From: Candidatus Poribacteria bacterium
GTDB taxonomy: Bacteria; Poribacteria; WGA-4E; WGA-3G
Reading direction: 5' to 3'
Length of the DNA stretch: 64,000 bases
Assembly: GCA_965214095.1 (NCBI GenBank)
Contig: OZ243938.1
Location: 3,072,001-3,136,000 of the forward strand
The position numbers were made by a program, and so were the translations under genes. The notes beneath the pieces were generated by a model that was not told the DNA's origin, made no database searches, and saw only the letters and a list, made by a program, of their open reading frames with translations. Positions within the stretch are counted from its first letter, which is position 1; the number at the start of each line of letters is the position of its first letter. Shown piece after piece: positions 19,701-29,024 of this stretch.

Positions 19701-19815
19701 GGAAGGGGATGCACCGCTTACTCCGAAAGACCCCACCAAACCTTGTAGTTATTGTGCTTACAAGAGGATTTGTCGTGTTGGAGCATTCGTTGAATCATCC
19801 CAAACAGACGCATAA
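16792..19815 (+). CDS. AddB/RexB-like helicase-nuclease subunit (C-terminal PD-(D/E)XK nuclease with Fe-S cysteines)
   Basis: SVTDLETYANCPFQYY, KGSLIHDVL, GRIDRID, VIDYKTG, QIPIY, CSYCAYKRIC. Confidence 0.8.
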   Translation: MSLISQMQNIEATLKTRIQNNEADSFVIIVPTDSARLNRQRELIDYHPNSAVANLQVYDIQNFIQRLYNRVRPARKHISTGIQNLWLNEIAEDDADNYNAFRPIQNKPIPDSTLSLIANTINNLKEKSETVQDIEADTPTKTDLSNIYSQYESKLENGWIDDKGKHLYLANNFEDDFIKQAFPKVNLIVVEGFFVLSKSDIKILTRIAQIPEIELWFRTDCIEANTELFEIIKSLVSQFRTAGAHIDTDYDRNDDNHIYFAQNLFRSDNTLTHKEDLTEQIKVLEPTDRTEEIEQIAHLIQKHVSNGDCELGDICVAYYNLTQYQQRIAEIFPAFGIPYSLVENIPLTKSEVVKAIFSRLTPRKESIEDPYFSDVNPASPTRAFFPNEFQDYINAILDKGGVLQRILNPMLQKNSKIVEDEVNALQTFKRIVGELCTTLTSEEERSFRLEYYINKLHYIAKHTHYQNRAQPKSEAVKIVTLGELRSSEYDTVFLGDFVDGGFPPNYRPDPLLPDTPSRTEEEQLYDNRFLFYRVLKSFRERLYLLTPQRENVSELIPSLFLSQLQEIANIGSETVENPTQRSVPGFLSAYGKYVSTAEHPPTNTFPEELDDRRSLIDHVVSIEKSREDTHELMAYEGILKEGSLSEESQAQLEQLREKKYSVTDLETYANCPFQYYIDKVLGYKVEDDEEEDEPSPLEKGSLIHDVLFEFYNNCRENEDPPITQCSDESFDRAKQQLDEILHYKSEEKRNQRENISEDNLFWKIEIEKQRVALHKWLDAEREYDLTLAPRYFEVSVGYPLGNTDEELSQSEPVLIGNVNMVGRIDRIDIGAGSFNVIDYKTGSSVPKMPDILEGRSIQIPIYLQIAQKILEQNGITGLEPTAGLYHKIRLDEFKVELGIGIEDYNDIAFRNFNGSDWGPVGTRSGQLLYDEQFESRLNRVNGYIEQYVENISNGIFPIITRVDTYVDSVEEGDAPLTPKDPTKPCSYCAYKRICRVGAFVESSQTDA

Positions 19816-19838
19816 TTTCGTTTATTCGTGAGGTAGAG

Positions 19839-20819
19839 ATGTACGAAATACTTGGAGAGACATCGTTAAAAACAGCTGAGGTAATGGAAGTTGGCGTAAT
19901 CAATGCCCCTGACCAACCCCATGCCGATGAGATAAAGAAGTTTCTTGGACACAAACCGCAATTCTTCGATTGGCACATTGAAAGGTGTGTAGTCGAATCA
20001 CTTGACGAACTGGAGACACGATTCTATGTTGGAAAAGTAGATGGTCATATCATCACTAACATCATGACGGTTGAACATGATGGGATAGGTATATTAGGCC
20101 ATGTATATACACTACCGGATCAACGCAGAAAAGGGGCGTGTAAAGGCACAATGGCTTTTCAGATGGAGGATTTTCGTCAGAGGAACGGACGCGCACTCTA
20201 CCTTGGAACAGGGTACAACAGTCATCCATATCACATATACCACAGCTTTGGATTTGAAAGTGTTTATCCAGAATCTGGTTTTATGAAATATTTTGTGAAC
20301 GATGATTTTGAGGAAACATACTTCGCTACAACTACCGCACTTCCGAAACAAGTTGAGTGGCACGATTGGCCGAAGTTGACTGCGTTGTCTGGAATAGTCG
20401 GGTGCGATACACTCCGCAGTCTGCTATGGAACGTCTATGGTCCAACGAATTTGGAAAGCGGCTTTTTGATTTTGAAGCGCACATTGGAAGTAAGTGATGT
20501 CTTAGATGATGCAAAATTATTGACTACACAGGACGGTGCTATTGTTGGTTGGGCAACGGTGAATAGAGATAGTAAGTGGCGACATAATATCGCACTTCTT
20601 GACCTATTCTTTCATCCTAACTTTGTCGATTCTGTTCCTGCACTCCTTTCATCACTGAAGTTTCCTGAACTGAAAATTCAATGTTATATTGATAGTGATG
20701 CTGAGAAGAAAGCAGAAGTATTAGAAGCATCAGGTTTTTCCCGTGAAGGAAGATTCAAGAATCATATTGAATATAGAGGAAAGAAATACGATGTGTTAGT
20801 GTTTGGACGTGAGGTATAG
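19839..20819 (+). CDS. GNAT family N-acetyltransferase
   Basis: GHVYTLPDQRRKGAC acetyl-CoA motif, YHSFGFE; GAGG RBS. Confidence 0.75.
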   Translation: MYEILGETSLKTAEVMEVGVINAPDQPHADEIKKFLGHKPQFFDWHIERCVVESLDELETRFYVGKVDGHIITNIMTVEHDGIGILGHVYTLPDQRRKGACKGTMAFQMEDFRQRNGRALYLGTGYNSHPYHIYHSFGFESVYPESGFMKYFVNDDFEETYFATTTALPKQVEWHDWPKLTALSGIVGCDTLRSLLWNVYGPTNLESGFLILKRTLEVSDVLDDAKLLTTQDGAIVGWATVNRDSKWRHNIALLDLFFHPNFVDSVPALLSSLKFPELKIQCYIDSDAEKKAEVLEASGFSREGRFKNHIEYRGKKYDVLVFGREV

Positions 20820-20833
20820 AAGTGGAAAGCATG

Positions 20834-20993
20834 TTATAGTGAAATACAAAATATATGCACACTTTTGGTACGTGAGACCTAAACTAACGGACTGGACTGT
20901 GCCGTAGCACAAACTGCCAGTTTGTGCAGTAGTGTACGCAAACTGGCAGTTTGCGCTACAATTGTGTGCAAGTAATTATAGATTTCACTATAA
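20834..20993. mobile_element. 160-bp MITE (TIR TTATAGTGAAAT) carrying a GTAG REP dimer
   Basis: 12-bp perfect TIR; internal GTAGCACAAACTGCCAGTTTGTGC plus an inverted copy; near-identical inverted copy of the element at 31258-31388. Confidence 0.85.
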
Positions 20994-20995
20994 TG

Positions 20996-23900
20996 TTACT
21001 TCAACACCAATATCTTACCAACTTTTTGCACACGATCATCACCTTTGGTAGCAGTGAATTTGTAGATATAGACACCGTTCGCAAGTGGATCACCTTCTGC
21101 ATCTAAACCTTCAAAATGATATTCGTTATAGGAGATTGATGCATCAAGCGTATCAATCGTCGTGATTAGTTTACCAGTCAGTGTGTAAATCTTGAGCGTG
21201 ACTTTATCTGCACCACCCGTGAGATAGTAAGCAAAGTTAGTTCCCTTACCAATGCCTTTGCCAGGACGGAACGGATTAGGGAAGTTTGCGATGTTTTTTA
21301 TCTCAAATCCACCAGCAACTTTCGCGTTTAGACCACTATCCTCTACATTTCCATTTGCATCCTGTGCCTGCAGTCTTATACGGTATTCACCAGCATCCAA
21401 TGCATTTATAGGTGAATAGGTAATGAATAGGACGTTGCTACTCAATGGAGAAGCGGAGACTGTGTATTCATCCTGTGGGACACGATCACCGTTCTTGGTG
21501 AGAATGATATTATCCTGACGTGGATCAATGCCGTTTGCATCCTCAATTTTAGCAGAAAAAGTAGGCGTATCAGAAATGTAGTCACCATCAATGAATCCTT
21601 GATTGTCAACGCTTATCTCTAAGGTCGGTGGTTGTGAATCTGTGTGAGATAGCAAGGCAAATGTCCCTGGTAGTTTCACCTCAGCAGATATAGTATCTTC
21701 TGTCTCTGTTTGCTCTCCAACGCGAATCCAGTTCTCTGTCTCATCGTCTTGCATGTATATGTACAAGGTTTCTTCAGCAGTTTTCACAAACGACGCTGTT
21801 GCAACTAATTCTGATTGCTCGCTCAATTTTAGACGATAGGCAACAGGTGTTGTCTCAGTATCCAATGTGGGAGCAGAAACTATATCAGGTTGGTTTTTGA
21901 TGGTCAACGTTTCCGTTTCAAATGTCATTGCCCCGTGGGTTTCAAGGCTACCGGGAGGAATTGTGATGCTAAGCTTCCCATCTAAACTCTGTATTGGCTT
22001 GTCAATACTATCAGAATCAAAGAAAATATGTGAACTTTCAATTTCCCGTGATGCAATATTATTGTTCGTATTATATTCAGGAAAAATACCATCCGGTTTT
22101 TCTGTCGTTGGCATATCAACAAACACAGCTACAATATATTTACCAGGGTCAGGTCGCCACGGCACACTTGCCACAACAGTTCTATTGGGTGGTAATTCAG
22201 GCAGCAAATACACATCACCGATTGGAGTCGCATTCTGTAACATCTCAAGTGTGACCTCTTGTGTCTCTGCACCATCAGTTACTGGAATTTGAAAGAAACT
22301 TACAGGAACATCTTTGGCAGAAAGGGAATCCCGATTACTTATATGTGCCGAAAGATGAAATGGGGAATTGGTATCCCAATCAAGAGTGTGTTCTAAAACG
22401 GTCAAATCTCCTAATCCAACACTATATGTGGCTGTCTCTGTCTGAAGTATACGTCCATCATTTGGTTTGACATATATATAATAATCAATTTGCTCCCCTG
22501 ATTCTTGTCCAGAGATAGGTTGTTCAGTTCTATAGGTTTTCCCTGCCTGTTTAATCATAGGAATTGCTTCAGCTTCATCTCGGCGGGATTCTATTAGGAA
22601 CGGACTCCAATAGAGTGTAATTTCGTCAATTTCACTTTCATTGGCTACTTCTGCGTAAATATGAACAGGTTGATCCGGTAATACAGGATACGGCTCAAGG
22701 CGAACGTCTTTAATATAGTGATCTACAGGATTAGACGATAAATGACCAATTACATCTTTCTCGTTATTCCATGCATAAGTTCGCAGATGCCATGAATCAT
22801 AAGCACTGTTATATGGTAGTTGGATTTCTGCTTCAAATTTACCATCTACAACTTGCACTGTTGCCATGCGTGGTTCAACATCCATACCCAATCGATTCGT
22901 TGTGGATTCAGAACGGAACCATGTTCGGACTCTTTTGCCCTCTCTGTTTAGCGGATTTGGCAGCACTGTTACCTCTGCGTTTCCACTGAAATTCGGATCA
23001 GGTATTGTGCCAGCAACTGTCAACAAGGTTCCTGCATCAAAAACATCTCTATGTAAGATTTCCTCTGTTTCTGTTTTGATCTGCATCTCTGTATGCGGCA
23101 ATCTTAATTTTGTAGCAGGATCACCAAACAATGTAAACACTTCTGTCAGATCAGGGTAACCCGGTAGATTTATCAAAAAACGTGTCTTTGCTTCTGCCAG
23201 GATGGCACCAATATGTAACATTTTGTCATGGAAAATCACATCTAAAATCTCTTTATTCAGGACGTGATCTTGGTATAATAACCCGATGCTTGTTCCACCG
23301 ATCACACCAATAGCACCACCACTATCCGAACGGAGAAATTCCTCAGCAAGACATCCTGTTTTACTATCAAATTCCCCTGTAAAACAGGTCATACTAATGA
23401 CAAAAGGCAATTGTGATATATTCGTTAAGTTTTTCTGCGGGTCCTCCAAATCCATCATACGACTTGATGCCCACCTACCGCCAGCACCATGCCCAACATA
23501 ATTGACAAGACTTGCCCCACTGTTAAAACCATCAATTACTTGTCTCCCAACTGGTGTGCTACCTTCACCTAATAACTGGTCATCTCCGACGGAAGGGGCT
23601 GCATATATTAATTGGGTTTCATATTTTTCGGTGAGTCTATTTTCTTCAATAAGCGAATCTGTTTGGATGTGAAAATCCTCATCTGAACCCGCAAGCATGA
23701 GTATACGTTTATGCCAAGGTCCAATTTCGTCTGTACTCTCATATTTTATTGCACGTTCAACGAATATCCGTGTATCCACGCTATTTGTTGCTGGAACACG
23801 TCCAATGAACATTTCGGGGAAAAAATCGTTGCCGCGAAATGTAACGAACTGGTGATCACTTGAAGATGAACCATAACCAGGGACTTGTATCTGAATCGTA

Positions 23901-26221
23901 GGAACAACGCTTGTTTTGTCTATAGGATTTGCATCTCCAATTAACAGAACATACGTGGGTGCAGGGGGTTGCCAGTTTTCATAAGTATACTTAAGAAAAT
24001 CACGGATTGCGTATGGATTTAGAATACCATGATTGAATTCATCATAGATATCTTGAACATCTACAACTTTCGATCGCATCCCTTGTTGACTTCTGAAGTC
24101 TGCAAGCGGTTGTACATCTCGCATGAGTTCTGTAGCGGTAATAATAATATAATCTGCACCGTTGTGCTGGTTACGTAAATCGGATGGTGTATCTTTTATG
24201 ATTTTTTCAGGTTTTAGGTATTTGTCGTCTGTTATTGCAATATATTGTATAGCAGTATCAGGGATGTGCGGTTGATCTGGTTGTAATCGCGGTACACCGC
24301 CAATCCGAGTAGATTGGAAAACGACATCGTATACACCTGGATTATCTTCATCTTCTATAGGAGCTAAGCCCACATACCGAGTGCCGTCAACACTAAATAT
24401 TTCAATATTTGGATTGGTAAAGTTTTTGAGGGTGACCTTAAAATTTGGATTTATCTCACCGGTTGCGTCATCTGGTAGTAGAGTAATTGAGAAAGGCAAT
24501 ACGTTCTCATTCGCATCATAGGTTCGCCAATAATCAATTTCAAACCAGTTAATCATGACCAGGTCCAACACATGGTCTTCAGGAATAACTGTTCCTAACG
24601 TATTTATACCGTTCTTGAGAAAAGATTGTGATATTTCTCGGTTTTCAAACCGATATTCCGTTGCTGCAGACCATCCCGGTCTTCCAATCACGATATCGTC
24701 ATTCAACCACAGTTCTGTAAAGTGTGTGCCTTCAGACCTACCGTGTAAAATGACCCGTATGGTTGCTTTGTTGCCAGTGCCTGCTACCCCAGCGAGTGTG
24801 AACGAAAAATCCTTGATCTCTGTGGCACTTATCTGTGCCCAAAACCAACTATCATCGGGCAGTTCGGGTAGTGAATTAATAGTGAAGCCTCGGAATTGAA
24901 GCCCATCGCTAAATTGTTCAATATCGTCACCTTGTTCCAAACCGAAGTTCTTAAATCGTCTGAATTGATTATCCTTTTCCACATGGACACGTGTGTAAAA
25001 GTTATTCGGTTCATATAGGTCAATGGAGTCTGTAGAAATAGTTTTCGTATCCATACGGAGCCCCGGTCCACCATTCCATGTAAGCCAATAGATATTTTCA
25101 TCGGTATATGGATCAAAATATGTTTTTTCTCCACTGTGACGCTGTGCGTAGAAGACAATTTCAGCATCAACACCAAATCCTGAATTATCATTTACTGACT
25201 TTCCGTTACCTGTGTTCCGCACAAATATCGGTATAGGCTTTCCTCTGTTAGACAGTACTAATGTAGAAGGTCTGATCGTTGATACGTCAACCCCAGCAGC
25301 TGCTAAATCGCTTGCTGTAATGTGGTGCATCCCAGTAGAAGTTATAATGACTTTGTAGCGAGACGTAGTACTTGCGGGGGCACCCGCTAAAGATAACGGT
25401 GGGTTGGCGGTAGAAAATGCATCAAAACCAGACAAATCACCCTTTGACAATGTATTTCTATCTGAGGAACGCCATTGCTTAGCAGTTTCTGGATTAATCA
25501 ACAGTTTTCCAAACATTTCTTCATAGACTGAAGATTCTGGACGAAGTATTCCTGGCAAAGAAGAAGGAGTGTTTCTATTACCATTGAACTGCACTTCAAC
25601 CACAAGTTTGTGATAGAGTTTAACAATCCCACTCACAGGATTATATTGAACGGGATTTAGTTGAATAGGAAGTACTCGATTTTCTCTGATCCATCCTGCA
25701 GTTCCAATTTTGGCAAGGTTGTAAGGGTAAAAGCGATTAGTTGCATAATTAGAAACCGATTTGTGCTTGAACAGTGTACCTTCAGAATTGCTTCGTCCTA
25801 TAATGTCTCTATAATCTGCAAGTGTGTGTTTGAGGGTGTATGTGCTAAAGTCACCACTTTCAATAATTCGGACAGAAAAACTTGCATCGGATGGAACTCC
25901 TATTAATGCAGTTTGCACGGGTAGATGCGGATTCCCTGGTTCATAACCGAAACGGCATCTTGGAAAAGAAATAGACTGGAACTGTTTGCCGTCGCGTTCA
26001 TGGGTATTAATCTCAAAATCTGCTTTTGAGACCGAGAGTTGTAAGACCACGCCTTGTGGTGTGGCACTGACCAATTCAATCGCACAATCGCGCTGTGTAT
26101 TATCGCTGGCAGTTGAAGGGTTGTTTTCATAAATAGGTGCAGCATCTACAGATATAACAGCAGAAAACGACACTATCGTTATCAGGAGCAAAAGTGTTGT
26201 GAAGAGGGTATTTTTTTTCAT
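20996..26221 (-). CDS. Large secreted C25 (gingipain/PorU-like) cysteine peptidase with propeptide, Ig-like domains and FlgD/T9SS-like C-terminal domain
   Basis: Signal peptide; ADYIII, DIYDEF, YVLLIGDA, IGRVP, NYVGHG (His), SMTCFTGEFD (Cys), FTLFGDP; C-terminus ANFPNPF...IYTLTGKLI...GVYIYK...KILVLK. Confidence 0.85.
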   Translation of the reverse strand: MKKNTLFTTLLLLITIVSFSAVISVDAAPIYENNPSTASDNTQRDCAIELVSATPQGVVLQLSVSKADFEINTHERDGKQFQSISFPRCRFGYEPGNPHLPVQTALIGVPSDASFSVRIIESGDFSTYTLKHTLADYRDIIGRSNSEGTLFKHKSVSNYATNRFYPYNLAKIGTAGWIRENRVLPIQLNPVQYNPVSGIVKLYHKLVVEVQFNGNRNTPSSLPGILRPESSVYEEMFGKLLINPETAKQWRSSDRNTLSKGDLSGFDAFSTANPPLSLAGAPASTTSRYKVIITSTGMHHITASDLAAAGVDVSTIRPSTLVLSNRGKPIPIFVRNTGNGKSVNDNSGFGVDAEIVFYAQRHSGEKTYFDPYTDENIYWLTWNGGPGLRMDTKTISTDSIDLYEPNNFYTRVHVEKDNQFRRFKNFGLEQGDDIEQFSDGLQFRGFTINSLPELPDDSWFWAQISATEIKDFSFTLAGVAGTGNKATIRVILHGRSEGTHFTELWLNDDIVIGRPGWSAATEYRFENREISQSFLKNGINTLGTVIPEDHVLDLVMINWFEIDYWRTYDANENVLPFSITLLPDDATGEINPNFKVTLKNFTNPNIEIFSVDGTRYVGLAPIEDEDNPGVYDVVFQSTRIGGVPRLQPDQPHIPDTAIQYIAITDDKYLKPEKIIKDTPSDLRNQHNGADYIIITATELMRDVQPLADFRSQQGMRSKVVDVQDIYDEFNHGILNPYAIRDFLKYTYENWQPPAPTYVLLIGDANPIDKTSVVPTIQIQVPGYGSSSSDHQFVTFRGNDFFPEMFIGRVPATNSVDTRIFVERAIKYESTDEIGPWHKRILMLAGSDEDFHIQTDSLIEENRLTEKYETQLIYAAPSVGDDQLLGEGSTPVGRQVIDGFNSGASLVNYVGHGAGGRWASSRMMDLEDPQKNLTNISQLPFVISMTCFTGEFDSKTGCLAEEFLRSDSGGAIGVIGGTSIGLLYQDHVLNKEILDVIFHDKMLHIGAILAEAKTRFLINLPGYPDLTEVFTLFGDPATKLRLPHTEMQIKTETEEILHRDVFDAGTLLTVAGTIPDPNFSGNAEVTVLPNPLNREGKRVRTWFRSESTTNRLGMDVEPRMATVQVVDGKFEAEIQLPYNSAYDSWHLRTYAWNNEKDVIGHLSSNPVDHYIKDVRLEPYPVLPDQPVHIYAEVANESEIDEITLYWSPFLIESRRDEAEAIPMIKQAGKTYRTEQPISGQESGEQIDYYIYVKPNDGRILQTETATYSVGLGDLTVLEHTLDWDTNSPFHLSAHISNRDSLSAKDVPVSFFQIPVTDGAETQEVTLEMLQNATPIGDVYLLPELPPNRTVVASVPWRPDPGKYIVAVFVDMPTTEKPDGIFPEYNTNNNIASREIESSHIFFDSDSIDKPIQSLDGKLSITIPPGSLETHGAMTFETETLTIKNQPDIVSAPTLDTETTPVAYRLKLSEQSELVATASFVKTAEETLYIYMQDDETENWIRVGEQTETEDTISAEVKLPGTFALLSHTDSQPPTLEISVDNQGFIDGDYISDTPTFSAKIEDANGIDPRQDNIILTKNGDRVPQDEYTVSASPLSSNVLFITYSPINALDAGEYRIRLQAQDANGNVEDSGLNAKVAGGFEIKNIANFPNPFRPGKGIGKGTNFAYYLTGGADKVTLKIYTLTGKLITTIDTLDASISYNEYHFEGLDAEGDPLANGVYIYKFTATKGDDRVQKVGKILVLK

Positions 26222-26254
26222 TGGATTCTTTGGATTCTTATGAGTGTAGTTGTT

Positions 26255-26842
26255 TTATTTATTTGTTACGAGATGATAGACTTGAATCTCACGGACTTGT
26301 GCGATTGAAGGTCGCACCACTCTATAATGTGGAAGGTATTGGTCAAACATTGTCTGTCGTTGGTCTACAATTTTGTCACCAGGGTCAGGTTCAAGTTTAT
26401 TTACGACAATATCGTCTACAGTCCGGGTCACGGCAATACGAATCATCTTTGTGTTGAAGTTCAACCTATCAAAAACATACATTCCCTGTGCAGCTTTACC
26501 TTGAAGGTTGCGTCGTTGTATAACAGAACTGAAAGTCTCCCATTCATCGACTTCTGGCTTCAGGTATTCCATTTTAAAACGGAATAGGTTTTCGTTGTGA
26601 ACGATAATTTTGCGTACTGGCTTCACGTCAGCAAATCGGATGATGAAGTAACGTTCATTTGTTGCAGGAATGGTAGCAATCGTTTCAAGATTTCCATCGT
26701 TCAACCCAGGATGGTTTGCTTCAGTGCCGTAATTGGCTTGTGCGATATTTTCACTGTACTGCGTAGATAATACTGCAGCGAGTCGGCATGCATTAAGACT
26801 GAAACAGAGAAAGAAAAGAAAAATAATTGTTAGACATCTCAT
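26255..26842 (-). CDS. Putative lipoprotein with discoidin/galactose-binding-like fold
   Basis: Lipobox-like LNAC; LNDGNLET, IRIAVT, VREIQVY pattern; ATGA overlap with the upstream BMC-P gene. Confidence 0.6.
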   Translation of the reverse strand: MRCLTIIFLFFLCFSLNACRLAAVLSTQYSENIAQANYGTEANHPGLNDGNLETIATIPATNERYFIIRFADVKPVRKIIVHNENLFRFKMEYLKPEVDEWETFSSVIQRRNLQGKAAQGMYVFDRLNFNTKMIRIAVTRTVDDIVVNKLEPDPGDKIVDQRQTMFDQYLPHYRVVRPSIAQVREIQVYHLVTNK

Positions 26843-27126
26843 TCCGTTTCCTCCAGAAATTCCACGTCAAAATGGTCTACAATACCCATAACGAGTTCTC
26901 TGATAGGAGCATTTTCTACGCCAAATACCTCTTGTGCTACACCCGGTCCAGCACCGACAATGACCGTATCACCTTCACCCGCGCCAACATAATCAACAGC
27001 AATAGTTGGGGTACGAACCAGCTCAGAACGGACACTTAACGGTTGAACAAGCAACAACGTCCGGTTTTCATACGCTGGGTGCTTTATTACAGAAACGACT
27101 TTGCCGATAACTTTTGCCAGATACAT
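26839..27126 (-). CDS. EutN/CcmL family microcompartment vertex protein (BMC-P)
   Basis: MYLAKVIGKVVSVIKH...LLLVQP...AVDYVGAGEGDTV...MGIVD. Confidence 0.93.
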   Translation of the reverse strand: MYLAKVIGKVVSVIKHPAYENRTLLLVQPLSVRSELVRTPTIAVDYVGAGEGDTVIVGAGPGVAQEVFGVENAPIRELVMGIVDHFDVEFLEETE

Positions 27127-27153
27127 AACTACCTATGATATTTCATTGGAAAT

Positions 27154-27174
27154 GGGGTTGGAAACCCCGCCAAC
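27154..27174 (-). repeat. Degenerate REP-like hairpin between the two BMC-P genes
   Basis: Minus strand GTTGGCGGGGTTTCCAACCCC, related to GTAGGCGAGGTTTCCTAACCTCGC at 4596. Confidence 0.4.
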
Positions 27175-27217
27175 AAGACTGTTCGTTAAATTAGAAGCAA
27201 TTTAAGCCAATATTACA

Positions 27218-27499
27218 CTAACCTATATTATCAGTGAGTGACATAGAATCCACAATACCGACAATTGCTACATCTACTGGCATCCGTCTGCCGGGTAAAA
27301 CTCCGACAGCATCTCCACCTGTCACCATATAGACTATTTCTCCCACGCCTGCGTCTTGTAGTGTATCTACTGCTACAAGCGGTTCAGAAATCGGTGTGTG
27401 CTTTTCATCCAATGGTTGTACAACGAGAAGTCGTGTGCCTTCCAAACTCGGATCTTTTCGTGTCGCGACAACGGTTCCAATGACTTTTCCTATATCCAT
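27218..27499 (-). CDS. EutN/CcmL family microcompartment vertex protein (BMC-P)
   Basis: GKVIGTVVATRKDPSLEGTRLLVVQP...VAVD..DAGVGE...PVDVAIVGIVD. Confidence 0.93.
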   Translation of the reverse strand: MDIGKVIGTVVATRKDPSLEGTRLLVVQPLDEKHTPISEPLVAVDTLQDAGVGEIVYMVTGGDAVGVLPGRRMPVDVAIVGIVDSMSLTDNIG

Positions 27500-27549
27500 T
27501 AGTATAATCTCAATTTCATTTAATTCATTATATTCTTTGATTATAGACG

Positions 27550-28983
27550 TTATTTGATGTCGTATTCGGTTAACTTTGTATGCAATGTGTTTCGGTTGAT
27601 TCCGAGAATTTCTGACGCTTTACTCCGATTGCCTTCTGTGTGTTCTAACACGATTTCAAAGAGCGGTTTTTCAAAAATTGATCGTATTGCTGTATACAAT
27701 TGTCCATCATCTGTTTCAGATTCCAAATAGTTTGCCACCTGTCTTTGTAGAAGTGTATAGATCTGTTGGTTAGAATCTTGGTGGTCTATCGACGTATCTG
27801 AAATTGACTTTTCAAATATTGGTGAAAAATGTTCTGTTAGAAGTATCTGTCCGGCACACATGACAAGGGCACGTTTAATTGCGTTCTCAAGTTCACGAAC
27901 ATTACCGGGCCATTCATATTCTGTAAGTCTCTTGATTGTGTCAGAAGAAATTCCAATTCTTGGAAGTTGATATTCATGTGCAAAACGGCTTGTAAAGAGG
28001 TCAATCAACTCAGGTATATCTTCTTTCCGTTCCCTAAGAGGAGGTAGCATAATAGTGATGACATTAAGACGGTAGTAAAGATCATCACGAAATGTTTTTT
28101 GCGATATTGCTGTATCAAGTTGTCGGTTCGTTGCAGCAATAATCCGTACGTTCACTGATCGAGTATCATTACTTCCCACTGGTTCTATTTTTCGTTCTTG
28201 AAGGACGCGTAGTAACTTCATTTGCACATCAATAGGTAATTCTCCAACTTCGTCAAGGAAAATCGTGCCACTGTCTGCTTGTTCAAACTTACCTTTCCGA
28301 TCCGTGTGTGCATCCGTAAATGCGCCTTTAACATGCCCAAAAAGTGTGCTTTCAATAAGAGTTGGTGGAATAGCACTACAGTCAACAACAACAAACGGAT
28401 TTTCACAACGTAGACTATTCTCATGAATCAGTTTCGCAACTAATTCTTTTCCAGTGCCACTTTCACCCATAATAAGCACGGTTTCGTCACTAACTGCACC
28501 TCGACCAATGATTTGATAAACGGCTTGCATTGCTGGACTTTGTCCGACCATTCTGTCCTGTGTGTCAATCGCCTGTGTGGTTTGTGCAACACCGATTCCT
28601 GTTTCCTCTTTTGTAATACTGGCTGCAGAGGCAGCGCGATCTATAAGTTCAAGCAATTCATTACGGTCAATTGGTTTTGTGAGGTAACTATATGCCTGTC
28701 GTTTTGCCGCTTCAATAGCAGTCTGTGTTGTTCCGTGCCCCGTAATAATAATAATGGCAGCTGCTGGATTCAGTTCTTGTATAGATTCTATCAATTCCAG
28801 TCCATCGGCATCACCTAAGAAGATATCCAGCAGTATGACATCAAATTCATCTTTCTGGACACAACCTACTGCTTCCTTCCCATTTTTTGCTTGGACTGTG
28901 TCATATCCTGCCTTTTTTAACGCAGCACTTAGGACGGAACGAAGGCTATTGTCGTCATCTGCAATTAAGACTGAATAAGACAT
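27550..28983 (-). CDS. Sigma54-dependent response regulator (NtrC family)
   Basis: Receiver domain (IADDD, LLDI), GESGTGKE, GAFTDA, FLDEVGE, WPGNVRELEN, Fis HTH LGINRNTL. Confidence 0.93.
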   Translation of the reverse strand: MSYSVLIADDDNSLRSVLSAALKKAGYDTVQAKNGKEAVGCVQKDEFDVILLDIFLGDADGLELIESIQELNPAAAIIIITGHGTTQTAIEAAKRQAYSYLTKPIDRNELLELIDRAASAASITKEETGIGVAQTTQAIDTQDRMVGQSPAMQAVYQIIGRGAVSDETVLIMGESGTGKELVAKLIHENSLRCENPFVVVDCSAIPPTLIESTLFGHVKGAFTDAHTDRKGKFEQADSGTIFLDEVGELPIDVQMKLLRVLQERKIEPVGSNDTRSVNVRIIAATNRQLDTAISQKTFRDDLYYRLNVITIMLPPLRERKEDIPELIDLFTSRFAHEYQLPRIGISSDTIKRLTEYEWPGNVRELENAIKRALVMCAGQILLTEHFSPIFEKSISDTSIDHQDSNQQIYTLLQRQVANYLESETDDGQLYTAIRSIFEKPLFEIVLEHTEGNRSKASEILGINRNTLHTKLTEYDIK

Positions 28984-29024
28984 GAATTTTGTTTCCTTTT
29001 GATCAGCAAAGTTACAATAGGTAC

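Noticed and set aside
27500-27549. Sigma54 promoter before the BMC-P genes
   Set aside because: No TGGCA-N-TTGC -24/-12 motif found by eye.
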